A stretch of 64,000 nucleotides of DNA from Takakia lepidozioides (lineage: Eukaryota > Plantae > Bryophyta): contig CM060731.1 in assembly GCA_030704615.1 (NCBI GenBank), positions 29,078,001 to 29,142,000 of the forward strand. The letters are read 5' to 3'. Position numbers and translations under genes: made by a program. This document shows, in pieces, positions 62,130 through 64,000 of the stretch (its first letter is position 1; each line of letters opens with the position of its first letter). The notes below the pieces were generated by a model that did not search any database, was not told the origin of the DNA, and saw only the letters and a program-made list of their open reading frames with translations.

Positions 62130-63040
62130 AATGCATTCGAGCGCCGTCTTTGTTTTTCTTGTGGCGTCAATGGCTTGAATCGGACAACATCAATCGGCAT
62201 AGGATCACTATTGGATGTCTGATGGATCGTTGTGTTTGGTGTCGTAGTAGCAGTGACATGATGTGTCGTAGACCATCCATATCGCTTCTTTTGACGTCTT
62301 TCGAATAAACGATTATCGCATGCAATGACTTGGGTGATGAATTCACTCAGTGTGCTCACGTTTGGCATTGTCAGCAACAAATCTTTTACATCATCTTTTA
62401 GCCCACATCAAAACTGACTAATGAGGCTTTTCTCATTCCAGTCGAGGTCGAACGTAAGTTGTCGAAATTCGGCAGCATAAGCGGAAACATGACGTGCTCA
62501 TTGTCGAAGATTTCGCATCTTTGTTTCTGCAACTCTCTCTCTATCATTTTCTCCAAACGTTGCAGTGAACTCGGACATGAATGCTTCAAAATTGTATAGT
62601 AAATGCGAATTTTTTTCTAATAGCGGTGCAAACCAAGATAGGGCAGTGCCTGACAGAAAGGTGCCCACGAATCCCACTTGAATACCTTCATCGGGATAGC
62701 GTTGTGGATGTAGTCGTAGGAACAGTCGTACTTATTGAACAAAACTGCGAAATCTTGATCTCGTCCCATCAAATTTCTCGGGCATGCTAATCTTTGGTTC
62801 TCTCGTAATCTGTTGAAAAGGAACCGTTGCAGTAGTAGCTGTTGCAGTAGGGACTCGTATGGTTGAAGATCCATTGTTCGACTCTTTTAACTCTGAAATT
62901 TGTTGTTGCAAATTGTGGAGAGCGTTGCCAAGATCTTGAGACTGATCAGCTTGCAATTGGGCGGTAGATGTACGAAGTTCTTGCATCTGGAGCTGAAGAC
63001 TCTGCAATGTGGTGACCATTTCCACAAATGTACCTTCCAT
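62000..63040 (-). pseudogene. Chromovirus gag, frameshifted
   Basis: [40 protein letters not shown]. Confidence 0.9.
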
Positions 63041-64000
63041 CTTAACTAACTAAAGAACAAACTGCAGTCTCGCCATCTGTCAAGGACGTGAACATGACAG
63101 AACACAAACAAGAGATAAGACTAGAGGTACAAGACTAGACAAGAAGTCAAGATCGACGAGGCCGAATGCATGGTACGTGAACATGAATCAAGATGATCTT
63201 TATAACAATGGACAAGAGTACAAAATACTGGAACTCGACTCGGATATTGGAATGCTAGAAACTGGACTAGAATACCAGATACTGGAAGCTGGACTGGAGT
63301 ACTGGACTTGGAACAAGAGTAGCTTGAACTTGTGTTGGCGAGACTGAAGAGTGTCCAGTCTCGCCTCCTATATATACTGGCTATAAGAAGTTTCTCCAAG
63401 AAGCTTCCCCTATGGAGGTTTCTTGCTGGAGAAGTTTCCAAGATTAAACAAAAGTTTCTTGATGGAGAAGCTTCCTTAAACAAATGAGGTATCTTGATGG
63501 AGAAGTTTCATCCAAAAGAAGCTTCCTGAGTAGTTTCCCAAGTTACTCTTGGTAATTTGGTAAACTCCCGGTAACTTGGTAAGTAATGGTAAGTAATGGT
63601 AAATCATGGTAAGTTATGATAAGTCATGGTAACTTTTGGTAACATGGTAACTTGATAACTTCTGGTATTTACTCCTGGTAAGTTCCTCTGGGCTATGTCC
63701 GTGATAGCTGGTGGAAACTCATGGTTGGAGCTTCCATCTCGGAATCCTCCCCTATGCAAAACACTGCCTGGGCACCTTCTTCCCGTTGGATTTTGCAAGG
63801 CCTTAACCACAAAGCTCAGGGCTCCCCACTTTGGAACTCTATTTGGAAGGCTTGGAACTACTTTAGACCTTGCCTTAGGAAACAGAAGCCAGCTTCTTTT
63901 CACGAAGTATTGAGACAACACCTTTTCCTTAATTAACTCCAACAATCCCTCCCGGGAGGAAAAAATCCAAGCCAAAAGATGGGCAGGTTGGGATTCAAGA

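Larger units (their letters stand above)
57259..63706 (-). mobile_element. Full-length Ty3/Gypsy chromovirus (Tcn1/Tf1-sushi-like) with TSD GCTGG and an internal inversion
   Basis: GCTGG at 57254-57258 and 63707-63711. LTR at 63078-63706; the other LTR is split into 57259-57735 and 59946-60127. gag ([20 protein letters not shown]), protease (LLDSGA), RT (YLDD), RNase H, integrase and chromodomain are all present. Confidence 0.95.
50900..64000 (+). mobile_element. L1-clade LINE, degenerate, interrupted by a solo LTR and a Gypsy element
   Basis: ORF1 has a CCHC knuckle (CYYCGLSGHLKANC). ORF2 has an APE endonuclease (SWNIRGL, FLQEHK, NIYAPN, GDFN, ARLDRFY), KGEK.SKYFF, RT (inverted piece), NFIW..VSWHQICLPKKQGG.LG and SPLWNSIWKAW. 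Confidence 0.92.

Noticed and set aside
57259-63706. Two separate head-to-head Gypsy insertions
   Set aside because: A single TSD and complementary LTR and pol halves are explained by one inversion.

Overview
Eukaryotic, transposon-rich land-plant DNA. A moss-like bryophyte is inferred from the class-B ARF '[11 protein letters not shown]' signature, the PLS-type PPR fragments and a Tcn1/Tf1-like chromovirus. Two intron-containing host genes lie on the + strand: an organellar HflX-family GTPase (about 21.9-31.2 kb, 13 exons, one GC-AG intron) and a class-B auxin response factor (37.4-42.7 kb, 14 exons, apparent +1 frameshift just before the PB1 domain). Most of the rest is degenerate, nested mobile DNA: a PPR-derived tandem array, a CACTA end, two Ty3/Gypsy elements, an L1 LINE, a solo LTR, tRNA-derived SINEs, unusual intronic LINE 3' ends, and a mosaic of gene fragments (PPR-E, DnaJ-X, DXS). 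The most notable signal is two diverged, intronless copies of a C5 cytosine DNA methyltransferase domain in TE context (17.7-19.0 kb and 46.2-46.4 kb), consistent with a methyltransferase-carrying retrotransposon family. Second is a chromovirus with a Tf1-like self-priming structure, an extra 3' ORF and an internal inversion. Coordinates and family calls were made by eye, without database searches.
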